Origin: an uncultured Acidobacteriota bacterium
GTDB lineage: Bacteria; Acidobacteriota; UBA6911
DNA length: 64,000 nt
Direction: 5' to 3'
NCBI GenBank assembly: GCA_963809485.1
Contig: CAWEJX010000020.1
Location: 640,001 to 704,000 of the forward strand
The notes beneath the pieces are model-generated. The model saw only the letters and a list, made by a program, of their open reading frames with translations. It made no database searches and was not told the DNA's origin. The position numbers were made by a program, and so were the translations under genes. This document shows positions 40,989 through 50,557 of this stretch, piece after piece. Every line of letters starts with the position of its first letter. Position 1 is the first letter of the stretch.

Positions 40989-42116
40989 ATGCCGAAAAAA
41001 AAGAGCGCCGGCCCTAAAACAAAGCAGGCTGCAGAGAAGAACGTTCTGAGCGCAATTCGCGCGTCCGCGGAAGACATTCACGGCAAGATCATGGCCCGTA
41101 AAAAGCCCACCATGAAGCTTCCGGTGCGCTCGCTGTCCAATGTCCGATATCAGCCTCAGCGCGGCTTTTTTGAAATGACAGGCCAGAAGAAAGAGCGCAC
41201 CCTCACGGTCAATACCGTGAAAACCTTCGCGCAGACGCTGCGCATGGTGGCGCTTTCCAAAGAGCTTGTCGAAAACGACGATATCGCCACGAAAAGAGAA
41301 GCGTACTACGTATCCAAAAACTGGGAGGATGCCCGTTTCAACGAACAACCGGAATCGGATACCGTCATGGATGATGTCGAAGCCTACTTCGGCGTCAACC
41401 GCGAGCAACTGGGCTTTATCCCCGAGGAGAAAGGGGGAGATGTGGCCGGACGCCTGTTCGTGGTCGATCACGACCGCGACACAGGGAAAGTGCTGCGCAT
41501 CGACTGCACCAAATTCGGCTCGGGCGCCTACAGCATCCCTATCTCGGTCGAGCAGCTGCAGTTCGAGACCAATGCCAGCTTCATTCTCGTGATCGAAACA
41601 GCCGGAATGTTCCAACGGCTGGTGAAGCACAACTACTGGAAAAAGGCCAATTGCATCCTCATCAGCATGGGGGGCGTGCCGACCAGGGCTTGCCGCCGCT
41701 TCATCCGGCGGCTTGCCGATTTTAAAAAGGTCCCAGTCTATGTTTTTGTTGACGGAGATCCTTACGGCATCACGAACATCTACCGGACACTGAAAGTGGG
41801 ATCCGGGAATGCCGCGCACCTGAATGAATTCTTCTGCGTGCCGCAGGCCAGATTTTTGGGAATTACGCCGCGGGATATCGTCGACTATAAACTGCCGACG
41901 CACCCGCTGAAGGACGTGGATATAAAGAGAGCCCGGGACGCCATCAAAAACGATCCTTTCATAAAGCATTACCGGGAGTGGGTGCATGCGATCGAGTACC
42001 TCCTCGAGATGGGTGTTCGCGCCGAGCAGCAGGCCCTGGCAAAACACGGCTTGAACTACGTCATCGACACCTATCTGCCCGAAAAGCTCGCTCATCCGGA
42101 GCGCTTTCTGCCGTAA
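40989..42116 (+). CDS. top6A: DNA topoisomerase VI subunit A (Spo11-like)
   Basis: TKREAYY catalytic Tyr region, Q-x-ESD, TOPRIM VIE...GGVP...DGDPYG, AEQQAL, YLPEK. Confidence 0.95.
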   Translation: MPKKKSAGPKTKQAAEKNVLSAIRASAEDIHGKIMARKKPTMKLPVRSLSNVRYQPQRGFFEMTGQKKERTLTVNTVKTFAQTLRMVALSKELVENDDIATKREAYYVSKNWEDARFNEQPESDTVMDDVEAYFGVNREQLGFIPEEKGGDVAGRLFVVDHDRDTGKVLRIDCTKFGSGAYSIPISVEQLQFETNASFILVIETAGMFQRLVKHNYWKKANCILISMGGVPTRACRRFIRRLADFKKVPVYVFVDGDPYGITNIYRTLKVGSGNAAHLNEFFCVPQARFLGITPRDIVDYKLPTHPLKDVDIKRARDAIKNDPFIKHYREWVHAIEYLLEMGVRAEQQALAKHGLNYVIDTYLPEKLAHPERFLP

Positions 42117-42342
42117 AAACGCCGAAAACCGGGAACCTTCCAAAGCTCCGTGCCGCCATGAGCAGGACATTCTTTTGCCGGGATTGGGCGGTAAGAAGCC
42201 GGGATCGGACCTGGATATAGAGCTATATCCCATCAAATCAGCCCCCGATTGACAACCGGCACACGGGACATTATCAAAGACCATGGGCTCAGGTCGCCAG
42301 GCCTCTGCGGCCAGGGCCATGGATTTGCGGAAAGGAGACAAT

Positions 42343-43294
42343 ATGGGAGAAAAGAAAATCATCGCCGTTGTGGGGGCCACCGGCTCACAGGGCGGAGGTC
42401 TGGTGCGCAGGATTCTAAGCGATCCGAACAACGAGTTCATCGCGCGAGCAATCACGAGAAACATAAACAGCGATAAAGCCAAAGAACTCGCGGAGCTGGG
42501 GGCCCAGGTCGTGGAAGCAGATCTGGACGACACCCCCGGGCTGGAAAGAGCATTCGCGGGAGCCTACGGAGTCTATTGCGTCACTTTTTATCTGGGAGCA
42601 TTTCTCGCCTGAAAAGGAACTGGCTCATGCGGCAGCAATGGCCAGGGCGGCGAAGAACACCGGCATTCAGCATGTGATCTGGTCCACGCTCGAGGATACG
42701 CGGAAATGGATTCCTTTGAGCGACAACCGGATGCCGACCCTGATGGGAAAATACAAAGTTCCCCACTTTGACGCAAAAGGAGAAGCCAACCACCTTTTCG
42801 CGGACCTTGGACTGCCGACAACCTTTATGCTGACTTCGTTCTACTGGGATAATCTTATCGGGTTTGGCATGGGTCCGCGGAAAAATCCGGACGGATCCTG
42901 GTCCATCACGCTGCCGATGGGGGATAAAAAGCTTCCCGGCATCGCAGCAGAAGACATTGGGGGCTGCGCCTTCGGAATCTTCAAAAAAGGAGCGGAATTC
43001 GTGGGCCGGACCGTGGGAATCGCGGGTGAGCACCTGACAGGCAGGCAGATGGCGGAAGCGCTGAGCCGTGCGCTGGGCCGGGAAGTGCGTTACAACGATG
43101 TCCCTCCGGAACTGTATCGAAGCTTCGCATTTCCAGGGGCCGAGGATCTCGGAAACATGTTCCAATTCAAGAGAGATTTTGAAGGTTACTTTTGCGGGGC
43201 GAGAGATATAGGATTTTCCCGTTCCCTGAATCCCGGACTGCAAACCTTTGAGGATTGGCTCAGACGAAATAAGGATCGCATACCCCTTGAGTAG
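42343..43294 (+). pseudogene. NmrA/HSCARG-family NAD(P)-binding protein with one frameshift near 42590
   Basis: GATGSQGG, HVIWSTL and VPHFDAK motifs; removing one base restores VTFxWEHFSPEKE. Confidence 0.88.
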
Positions 43295-43420
43295 AGGACC
43301 GGCCGGGTCATAATTCAGGTATGAATATTTCTTGTCCGCATCGGTAGCAGGCGGCGGAAGCGAAAATCCGGCCGGCAGAATAGAAATGCTGCAGGTTCTC
43401 CGCAGCGGCAATATTAAACA

Positions 43421-43726
43421 ATGAGTTACTTCAATGATATTCAAAGAACTGTCCGGAGGATACCGCGGGGAAAAGTAGCAACCTATGGCAGTGTGGCTCG
43501 CGCCGCGGGACATCCTGGAACTGCCCGCCAGGTAGCCTGGGCGCTTCGCGCTTCAAATTCAGAGACAATGCCCTGGCATCGAGTCCTCGGCCGAGGCGGC
43601 AGGATTCTGCTCCCCGGAGAGGCCGGACTGAACCAGCGGTCGCTTCTCGAAGTTGAAGGCGTCCGCTTTAAGGGCAACCGAGTGGACGTCAGCGGCAGTG
43701 AATTTGACTTTGATGAATTGAAGTGA
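43421..43726 (+). CDS. Alkyltransferase-like protein (ATL; MGMT family, non-catalytic)
   Basis: IPRGKVATYG and ARQVA motifs; PWHRV (Trp in place of the catalytic Cys); LLEVEGV. Confidence 0.9.
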   Translation: MSYFNDIQRTVRRIPRGKVATYGSVARAAGHPGTARQVAWALRASNSETMPWHRVLGRGGRILLPGEAGLNQRSLLEVEGVRFKGNRVDVSGSEFDFDELK

Positions 43727-43824
43727 GGTGTTAGCTTAGAGCACCCTAAAGGCGGTCGCCCAAATTCCCTATTGGCGCACTCCTTGCAGGCTGCTGTTAA
43801 TCCTGTACTTTAATGGGCAAAATT

Positions 43825-44085
43825 TTAATGCAAAACATCCAAGGTCCTCAAAATACCCACTACCCCAACCATAATCCAGAAAATATTCAATAGGGAATAG
43901 GCGGCATCCTTTTTCAAAATTGCGCACCATGAGAGTAAGACAGCGTCAATAGTATTGAAGATCCATACAAAAAGGAATGGGCTGGCGGGACCTAACCAGC
44001 TTACCAGTGAAAAGCTGAATATCCTCATCACTACGCCTATCATTTCGATAATTCGTATATTATTCAAAACTAAAGAATTCAGCAT
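43825..44085 (-). CDS. Small AT-rich membrane protein (3 TM)
   Basis: 86 aa hydrophobic ORF with RBS GGGGA; composition differs from its flanks. Confidence 0.65.
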   Translation of the reverse strand: MLNSLVLNNIRIIEMIGVVMRIFSFSLVSWLGPASPFLFVWIFNTIDAVLLSWCAILKKDAAYSLLNIFWIMVGVVGILRTLDVLH

Positions 44086-44193
44086 AGTTTATTCCCCTGT
44101 TATACGTCACTCCTTTTGCCGCTCCATCTTATGCCACAACTCACCAGCTCCGTGAGTAGCAATCGCGATCCGCACCATAATGGTCAGCGTATA

Positions 44194-45774
44194 TCAGCGG
44201 TACCAATATCGTGGAACTGTCGTATTCCAGGAACTCCCCGGCAAAGTCGGGGAGTTATCGATGGGCCGGTATCGGGCATCCGGGACATTTTCGCTTTGAA
44301 TCCCTGCCGCCGGGTAAATCCGATAAAGCATGGGCGCAACCTGCTCCTGCTTGCAGTTTTTGAGCAGAAAATGCACATCAAGAAACTCGCCCTCGAAGTA
44401 GGACCAGCCCAGGGGATCTTTGCTGAGGTAAACCGGGATCCCCTCCGCCCAGGCGACTCGTATCGCTGTTTCTGCGTTCCCCGCATCCCAGTTCCAGCCC
44501 GACCAGAGAATTTGCCAGCCGGGACGCAATCCGATTCCGCGGTAGTAATCGAGCACAGGACTGTAGTTGCCGGCAATAAGCAAACCCTTATCCGGAATGG
44601 AATCACGCATGACGCGGGCAAATTCGATTTTCCGCGTCTGGGCTTGCCGATAGGGTGAAAGCACTGCGAGCGCAGCTCCGAAGACAAGGATCTGGACCGC
44701 CGCCCAGATAGCCGGACCTTTCCGGGAAGGCACCCAGCGCTGATACAGAGACGCGCATAATATGAGCGAAGCGGGCAGAGCCACGAGGGCATATCGGGGG
44801 TGCATCTGCACATCCGCATCGCGCCACAGCACCGATATCGGCAGGAGCAGGCAGGCGACGACTCCCCAGGCAGCATTCGGGATGGATCCGGGGCACTGCG
44901 AACGCTCGCCCGCGGCACTCAGGGGATTCGGTCGATGGAAGAGCCTGTAAAGGCCCGCGCCGGCTGCGGCAAACCAGGCGCCGGGACAAACGGCCAGTGT
45001 AAACAGGAGGCTCGCCTGGAAGTTGTTCCGGAACTGTATGGGACCGGTTGGAATCGCATGAAGCCAGGTCCGGGTTCGCTCAATGAATCCGGCCTGATCC
45101 CGGAAATAGAAAACCATCGCAGGCGCCAGGGCTACAGACGCTGCTGAAACCGCGAACAGAGCTGCTGATCGTATCCGGGATCGGGTGTTATCGCGCCGGC
45201 AGCAGATAATCCAAATCAGCGCTGCTGCCAGCGTCAGAGCCTGCTCCCTGATTCCGATTGCAAAGCCAAAAAAAACGCCTCCCAAAATATCGTTCAAGGA
45301 AGCTTTCTGGCTGCCGGATTTCCAAAGGATCAGCGCCGATGCAGTGAGAGCGGCAAGCATCGGGACTTCGGTCATGATAAATCCCGCATATAAAGCGTAC
45401 AACGGGGATATGGCCAAACCCAAGGCCGCCATCCGGCTTGCGGGAGAACGCAGGATTTTTCGGCCTAATCGATGGAAGAGTATAACGCCCAGAGTCCCCA
45501 GCAAAACTGCACCGGCCATCGTCACGGTTTCCACCTGTTGGGACTCGAGATGAAAGAGGGTCTTCGCCGATTCCCAAAGCAGGATGTTGTAACCGAGGAA
45601 TACCGGTCTTCCAATTCCAAGCGCCGAAACCTGATGGGAGACAATCTGTTTGAGATAGTCAAAACTATCCCATTGCCCGAGAAAAGGCGCGCTATATGCG
45701 ACGTAGAGATAAAATGCAGCGATGGGCAGAATTATTGAAGATTTCGGAATTTTCAGTGCTCTCTCCCCATCCAT
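44194..45774 (-). CDS. GT-C fold-like integral membrane protein (putative glycosyltransferase)
   Basis: QWDS-x-DY first-loop acidic motif, MTEVP, GIREQ and HPRY; multiple TM helices. Confidence 0.65.
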   Translation of the reverse strand: MDGERALKIPKSSIILPIAAFYLYVAYSAPFLGQWDSFDYLKQIVSHQVSALGIGRPVFLGYNILLWESAKTLFHLESQQVETVTMAGAVLLGTLGVILFHRLGRKILRSPASRMAALGLAISPLYALYAGFIMTEVPMLAALTASALILWKSGSQKASLNDILGGVFFGFAIGIREQALTLAAALIWIICCRRDNTRSRIRSAALFAVSAASVALAPAMVFYFRDQAGFIERTRTWLHAIPTGPIQFRNNFQASLLFTLAVCPGAWFAAAGAGLYRLFHRPNPLSAAGERSQCPGSIPNAAWGVVACLLLPISVLWRDADVQMHPRYALVALPASLILCASLYQRWVPSRKGPAIWAAVQILVFGAALAVLSPYRQAQTRKIEFARVMRDSIPDKGLLIAGNYSPVLDYYRGIGLRPGWQILWSGWNWDAGNAETAIRVAWAEGIPVYLSKDPLGWSYFEGEFLDVHFLLKNCKQEQVAPMLYRIYPAAGIQSENVPDARYRPIDNSPTLPGSSWNTTVPRYWYR

Positions 45775-45838
45775 CGATACAAAGGATTATCCAATTGACA
45801 GGTCAGTCTCCGGCATTGGAGGAATAATTGCACGGGGA

Positions 45839-46837
45839 CTAAACGGTCCGGCGCCGGGAGGAAACGTAGTCTTTGGCAGCCGGGTACGGGCCCCACGATT
45901 CGGCTTTCAGGACCCCCCGGACAATGGCAGTTGCCAGAGCGTCTGCAGCCAAGGCCCCTATCAATCCTGCATCCGTCCCGCCTTCTGCCGGCCAGGTTCC
46001 CGTACTGAGCGCAAAAACCGTGTCTCCGTCCCACGGCATATGGGAAGGGCTTATGGACCGCGCCAGTCCGTCATGGGCCATTGCGGCAACCCGGGCGCAT
46101 TGCATTTTGGAAAGGCTCGCATTGGTTGCCACGACTGCAAGAACTGTGTTCCCGTGAAAAGAGGTATCCGGCCTGCAACCCCTGCGCAACTCCTCCATGG
46201 CGCCGGCAAATCCCTTGTTGTCTGCCGAGCGGGCGCCTGCAACGATTCTGCCGGTTGACGGATCGACCACGTCCCCGATCGAATTGACCGCGACCAGCGC
46301 CCCCACCTTGAGTCCATCGGGTCGCGACAGCGCCCACGAACCCAGTCCTCCCTTCATGGCCCGCCCGGCGCCCAGCATTTTGCCCACGGTAGCGCCGGCG
46401 CCGGCGCCCGCATTCCCTTCAGGAACCGGATTGCTGCTTGCGGCGCTTATCGCTTCGTAACCGGCCGAGGCATCCGGCCGGATACTGGAATTTCCCAGCG
46501 TGAGGTCGAAGAGAATGGCGCCGCACACAATAGGGATTTTGATTCCCTGGGCATCGAAGCCTCTTCCCTGCTCTTCCAGGTATCGGACAACGCCCGATCC
46601 GGTATCGAGACCAAATGCGCTTCCGCCCGAAAGCACAATCGCGTCGATTTCCTCCACACTGTTTCCCGGCTTCAGCAGTTCGGCTTCGCGTGTGCCCGGC
46701 GCCCCGCCGCGCACATCGACGGACGCCACGAATGGCCTCGGTGCGGTGATGACCGTGCAACCTGTGGGACGCTCCGGCGAAGTATAATGTCCTACCAGAA
46801 CCGGTTCGACATCGGTGAGTGATGGCGTTCGCGTCAT
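45839..46837 (-). CDS. P1/S58-family peptidase (DmpA-like)
   Basis: TGCTVI, VDVRGGAPGTRE, LSGGSAFGL, GAGAGATVGK, GNT and DGDTVF motifs. Confidence 0.92.
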   Translation of the reverse strand: MTRTPSLTDVEPVLVGHYTSPERPTGCTVITAPRPFVASVDVRGGAPGTREAELLKPGNSVEEIDAIVLSGGSAFGLDTGSGVVRYLEEQGRGFDAQGIKIPIVCGAILFDLTLGNSSIRPDASAGYEAISAASSNPVPEGNAGAGAGATVGKMLGAGRAMKGGLGSWALSRPDGLKVGALVAVNSIGDVVDPSTGRIVAGARSADNKGFAGAMEELRRGCRPDTSFHGNTVLAVVATNASLSKMQCARVAAMAHDGLARSISPSHMPWDGDTVFALSTGTWPAEGGTDAGLIGALAADALATAIVRGVLKAESWGPYPAAKDYVSSRRRTV

Positions 46838-47268
46838 AATTTATCCTGACAGAAGTTAAGGGATCGCCCGGAAACCGGCGTATCCCTGAGATTCCATGCA
46901 GAGTGTTTCAAAATTTGGCGGCATCCGCAACTGCTTATTGGAATGCCTCCAGGCTTTTTGCTTTCAGATCCCAGATCCGGTGAATAGGGGATTTCTCCGG
47001 ATTATTTGGGATTCAATATTCCGTGAATTTTGTGTATTTCGTGTTAAAAACTACAGGAGGCAGGCATTTCTATGGAATTCCGTGAACCCGGCTTCTGGAT
47101 TTCCCTTCTGATCGGCCTGTGCTGTCTTGGGATTTTCATTGCCTGGTTGCGCAAAGGAGGCAGGAAACCCCCGTCGCAATGAAAGAGGGTACTCAGAGGT
47201 AGTGTATTACTCCCGGGATTTTGATAGATTACTCGCGGCTTCTTTTGCCGGGGCGAAAGCTGGGATCC

Positions 47269-49299
47269 ATGCAGACAATCAAACGCATTTTGTTGACCGG
47301 GGGCGGCACGGCGGGTCACGTCAACCCGGCGCTGGCAATCGGCTCGGCTCTGGCATCTGAGGGAACACGGTTCCTTTTCGTCGGTGTTCGAGGCAGAGTC
47401 GAGGAGGAGGTCGTGCCTCGCGAAGGCATCCCGATCCGATACGTGCGGGCATCGGGATTTCCTGCCGGATTTACCCCCGCGCTCGCCAAATTCCTGCTAA
47501 ACCTGCTCATAGGCACAGGCCAATCCGTCTACATTTTGCTCAGATTCCGGCCCGATATAATCGTGGGAACCGGCGGCTATGTTTCGGCGCCCGTCATCAT
47601 GGCAGCCTCCTTTCTGCGCAAAATCCGTTTGTGCAAGGCGCGCGTGTTCATACACGAACAGAATGCCGTTCCGGGAAAGCTGAACCGGTTGATGGGACGG
47701 GCAGCGGACCGGGTCCTGGTCACTTTCCCCGAGACCCTGACTTATTTCCCCAAAAACGGAGCGCTCGTAGGGTATCCGCTGCGCAGGCGCATAGCCAGAG
47801 TCAGCCGTGAAGAGGCGCGGCAGAAGCTGGATTTTATAATTCCGGAGGGGAGAAAAATCGTCCTGGTATTCGGGGGATCCCAGGGATCGCGGATCATCAA
47901 CCGCGCCCTGGTCGACGCGCTGGGCAGCCTCCTTCCCGCGCGCGACCGATTGTTTGTCATCCACGGAGTCGGCCTTTTCAGGAGCCGCGAGTACAATGCC
48001 ATCGAAGATACCGAAGAGAGGCTGCGCGGGTCCTACAGCGCCGAGCAGCTCAAATCCATCGGGGGCTTTTATGCCTACCGTGCATTCTTTCACAATATCG
48101 AGCTCCTGTACGCCTTGAGCGACCTGGCTGTGGCACGGGCCGGAGCCGGAAGCCTGAGCGAAATCTCGGCTATGGGGCTTCCTGCCCTGATAATTCCGAA
48201 ATCCAATCTTCCGGGCGATCACCAGGTAATGAACGCCCGCGCCATGGAAAGGGCCGGAGGCGCGGAAATTCTATACGAACAGGTAGCCATCCTGAACGGC
48301 AGGCTTTCGGAATATATCGATGGAAATGTTCTGGCAGAGAAAATACTCTCGTTGCTTCAGGACGATGACCGGCTGCTTGAAATGAGCCGGCACAATCGCT
48401 CTTTTCTGAACCAGAATGCCCTCGCCCTCATTGAGCAGCAGATACTGGGAAACGGGGCGGTACAGGTTCCTGCTCCCGCCGTGCAGCCGCCTGAGGCCGT
48501 TCCCCTTCCGGGGAACGCCGCTCTTTTGGCCAGGCTCGAGAGGGCTCATGCAAAACTCCGATCCGCCTATAAGCCCGAACGCGTTATTTCACGCCCGCAG
48601 GACCTGGAGTACCTAAAAAATCGGGCGAGCTCCCTGCTTCTGCACCCCGACTGGCAGGAGCGGAATGTCGGTGTCAAGCTTCTTGGATTGCTCGATGCAA
48701 GGGAAAAGGTGACATCTCTGGTCACGCTTTTTTTCGACCGGGAACCAGCCCCATTTTTAAAACGGCTACTGGGAGGGGACTTCAAGCAGGTCGGATTCAT
48801 CCGGCGCAACATCATAATGGCGCTCGTCCGGCTTAACGAATGCACTCCGGAGGTGGGAAAAGCGCTTCTTACGGGATTGGGGGATCCTTATTATGAGGTA
48901 AGGGTTGAGTCCGCCCATGCAGCGGCGTTTTTCGGTGACAGGCTCTCTTCTCCGGAGCCTTTGATTGCAGCATTAATAAAGCTGTTGTCCGATCCGATTA
49001 TCGATGTGGCAGCAGCCGCGGCCGAAGCTCTCGGGAAGATCGGGAGCAGGGAGAATGCCCTGCCGGTTCTTCTCAACCTGTGGGACACAAAGTTCTGGAG
49101 GGTAAGGGCTGCCGTACTGCGCGGAATCCTTCACCTCGTGGAGCGCGGGGAAGCAACCGACTATGAAACGCTTGAGAAACAGGTGCCTCAGTTCATTTTG
49201 ACGTCCACCGATTTCAAACCGCAGTTTGAAATCAGGTCTGCCTACCGTCAGCTCATGGAATCCGTTTCCAGGAAAAAAGCCGGGGGAAGCGTGCAATGA
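47269..49299 (+). CDS. murG: MurG-like GT28 glycosyltransferase fused to a C-terminal HEAT-repeat domain
   Basis: GGGTAGH, GTGGYVS, HEQN, FGGSQG, RAGAGS and DHQxxNA motifs; C-terminal repeats DPYYEVR..A, DPIIDVAAAAAEALG and DTKFWRVRAA. Confidence 0.88.
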   Translation: MQTIKRILLTGGGTAGHVNPALAIGSALASEGTRFLFVGVRGRVEEEVVPREGIPIRYVRASGFPAGFTPALAKFLLNLLIGTGQSVYILLRFRPDIIVGTGGYVSAPVIMAASFLRKIRLCKARVFIHEQNAVPGKLNRLMGRAADRVLVTFPETLTYFPKNGALVGYPLRRRIARVSREEARQKLDFIIPEGRKIVLVFGGSQGSRIINRALVDALGSLLPARDRLFVIHGVGLFRSREYNAIEDTEERLRGSYSAEQLKSIGGFYAYRAFFHNIELLYALSDLAVARAGAGSLSEISAMGLPALIIPKSNLPGDHQVMNARAMERAGGAEILYEQVAILNGRLSEYIDGNVLAEKILSLLQDDDRLLEMSRHNRSFLNQNALALIEQQILGNGAVQVPAPAVQPPEAVPLPGNAALLARLERAHAKLRSAYKPERVISRPQDLEYLKNRASSLLLHPDWQERNVGVKLLGLLDAREKVTSLVTLFFDREPAPFLKRLLGGDFKQVGFIRRNIIMALVRLNECTPEVGKALLTGLGDPYYEVRVESAHAAAFFGDRLSSPEPLIAALIKLLSDPIIDVAAAAAEALGKIGSRENALPVLLNLWDTKFWRVRAAVLRGILHLVERGEATDYETLEKQVPQFILTSTDFKPQFEIRSAYRQLMESVSRKKAGGSVQ

Positions 49300-50402
49300 T
49301 CTATTTTCTCGGAAAATACCTCCACCCGCATTTCGATACGTTTTCTTTTCTGCGGCTCGTCGATTATCTTTCGGCAAGATCCATCGGCGCAGCCCTGACC
49401 GCCATAGTGCTTACACTGTTCTTCACCCCGATCTTCATTCGCTATCTCCACCGGCATGGATATGTGGATCAGTCGCGGGATACCGGCATCGCTTCCTCAT
49501 CCGACAAGGCGGGGACTCCCTCAATCGGGGGCGCCATAATGACAGGGTGCGTGCTGGTATCGTGTCTGCTCTGGTGCAATCTTTCCAATGTATACCTGCT
49601 GGTTGTATTGCTGGGGATGGTCTGGTTCGGCGGGATCGGGCTGATCGATGACCTTGCCAAGACGAAGGCGGGATCCGGAGACCGGGGGCTTTCGGAAACC
49701 AAGAAGCTCCTGTTTCAGGCTTTGTTTGCGGCCGCTCTTTCGATTTTTCTGGTAAGCCCATTCTCACCGCTCCCGTCCGGCCAGCTTGGAGCCTTTTATC
49801 TTCCGTTTCTAAAATCCCCGCTGTTCAATTCCATATGGATCTATATCCCGATCATGTTTTTCTTCGTACTCGTAGTCGGCAATTCCGTGAATATCACCGA
49901 CGGGCTGGACGGGCTTGCCATCGTGCCTTCCGTATTTGTCGTGGGGGTCCTCGGTGTGTTCGGATATCTGCTGGGTAACACCATCTGGGCTCGATACCTG
50001 AATTATCCATTTCTTCCCGGGACCGGCGAACTAGCAATCTTCTGTTCCGCATTCGCCGGCGCGGGAATCGGCTTCCTCTGGTTTAACGCTTACCCGGCGC
50101 AGGTTTTTATGGGCGATACCGGATCCCTGGCTATCGGCGGATGCATGGCGGTTCTCTCGATTGTTCTAAAGCAGGAAGCCCTTTTTCTGATCCTTGGAGG
50201 CCTTTTTGTAGCCGAGGCTGCCAGCTCGCAGATCCAGGATAAAATCGGGATCCGCTGGCTGGGCAGAAGGATTTTCCTCCGCGCTCCGCTGCATCACCGG
50301 ATGCAGCATAAGGGGCTTGCGGAAACGAAAGTCGTCATACGGCTCTGGATAGCCTCCGGGATATTGGCCCTTGCCGCGCTGGCCACCTTGAAGCTGCGTT
50401 GA
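49296..50402 (+). CDS. mraY: Phospho-N-acetylmuramoyl-pentapeptide transferase (divergent)
   Basis: GTPSIGG, IDD, NSVNITDGLDGLA, WFNAYPAQVFMGDTGS and APLHH motifs; ATGA overlap with murG. Confidence 0.92.
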   Translation: MIYFLGKYLHPHFDTFSFLRLVDYLSARSIGAALTAIVLTLFFTPIFIRYLHRHGYVDQSRDTGIASSSDKAGTPSIGGAIMTGCVLVSCLLWCNLSNVYLLVVLLGMVWFGGIGLIDDLAKTKAGSGDRGLSETKKLLFQALFAAALSIFLVSPFSPLPSGQLGAFYLPFLKSPLFNSIWIYIPIMFFFVLVVGNSVNITDGLDGLAIVPSVFVVGVLGVFGYLLGNTIWARYLNYPFLPGTGELAIFCSAFAGAGIGFLWFNAYPAQVFMGDTGSLAIGGCMAVLSIVLKQEALFLILGGLFVAEAASSQIQDKIGIRWLGRRIFLRAPLHHRMQHKGLAETKVVIRLWIASGILALAALATLKLR

Positions 50403-50557
50403 CCATCGTTTATCACGCAGGCAGTCTTGACCCGGGTTTCCAATAGTCTTTCGCGGCGAAACGGCGAACAGTGAATGGACACGGGGTGCGCGACAGATGA
50501 AGACGGCCCCGGTTCTGGCCACAATCCCGCAAACCCGTAATTCTTGAGGACGGATCA

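Noticed and set aside
39311-42116. Top6A/B considered as a Wadjet (JetD) or other defence system
   Set aside because: Both subunits are canonical Topo VI, and no SMC/MukBEF-like jetABC genes are adjacent
39302-42533. Long minus-strand ORFs of 440 and 538 aa
   Set aside because: Antisense shadows of top6B, top6A and nmrA, with no recognisable motifs
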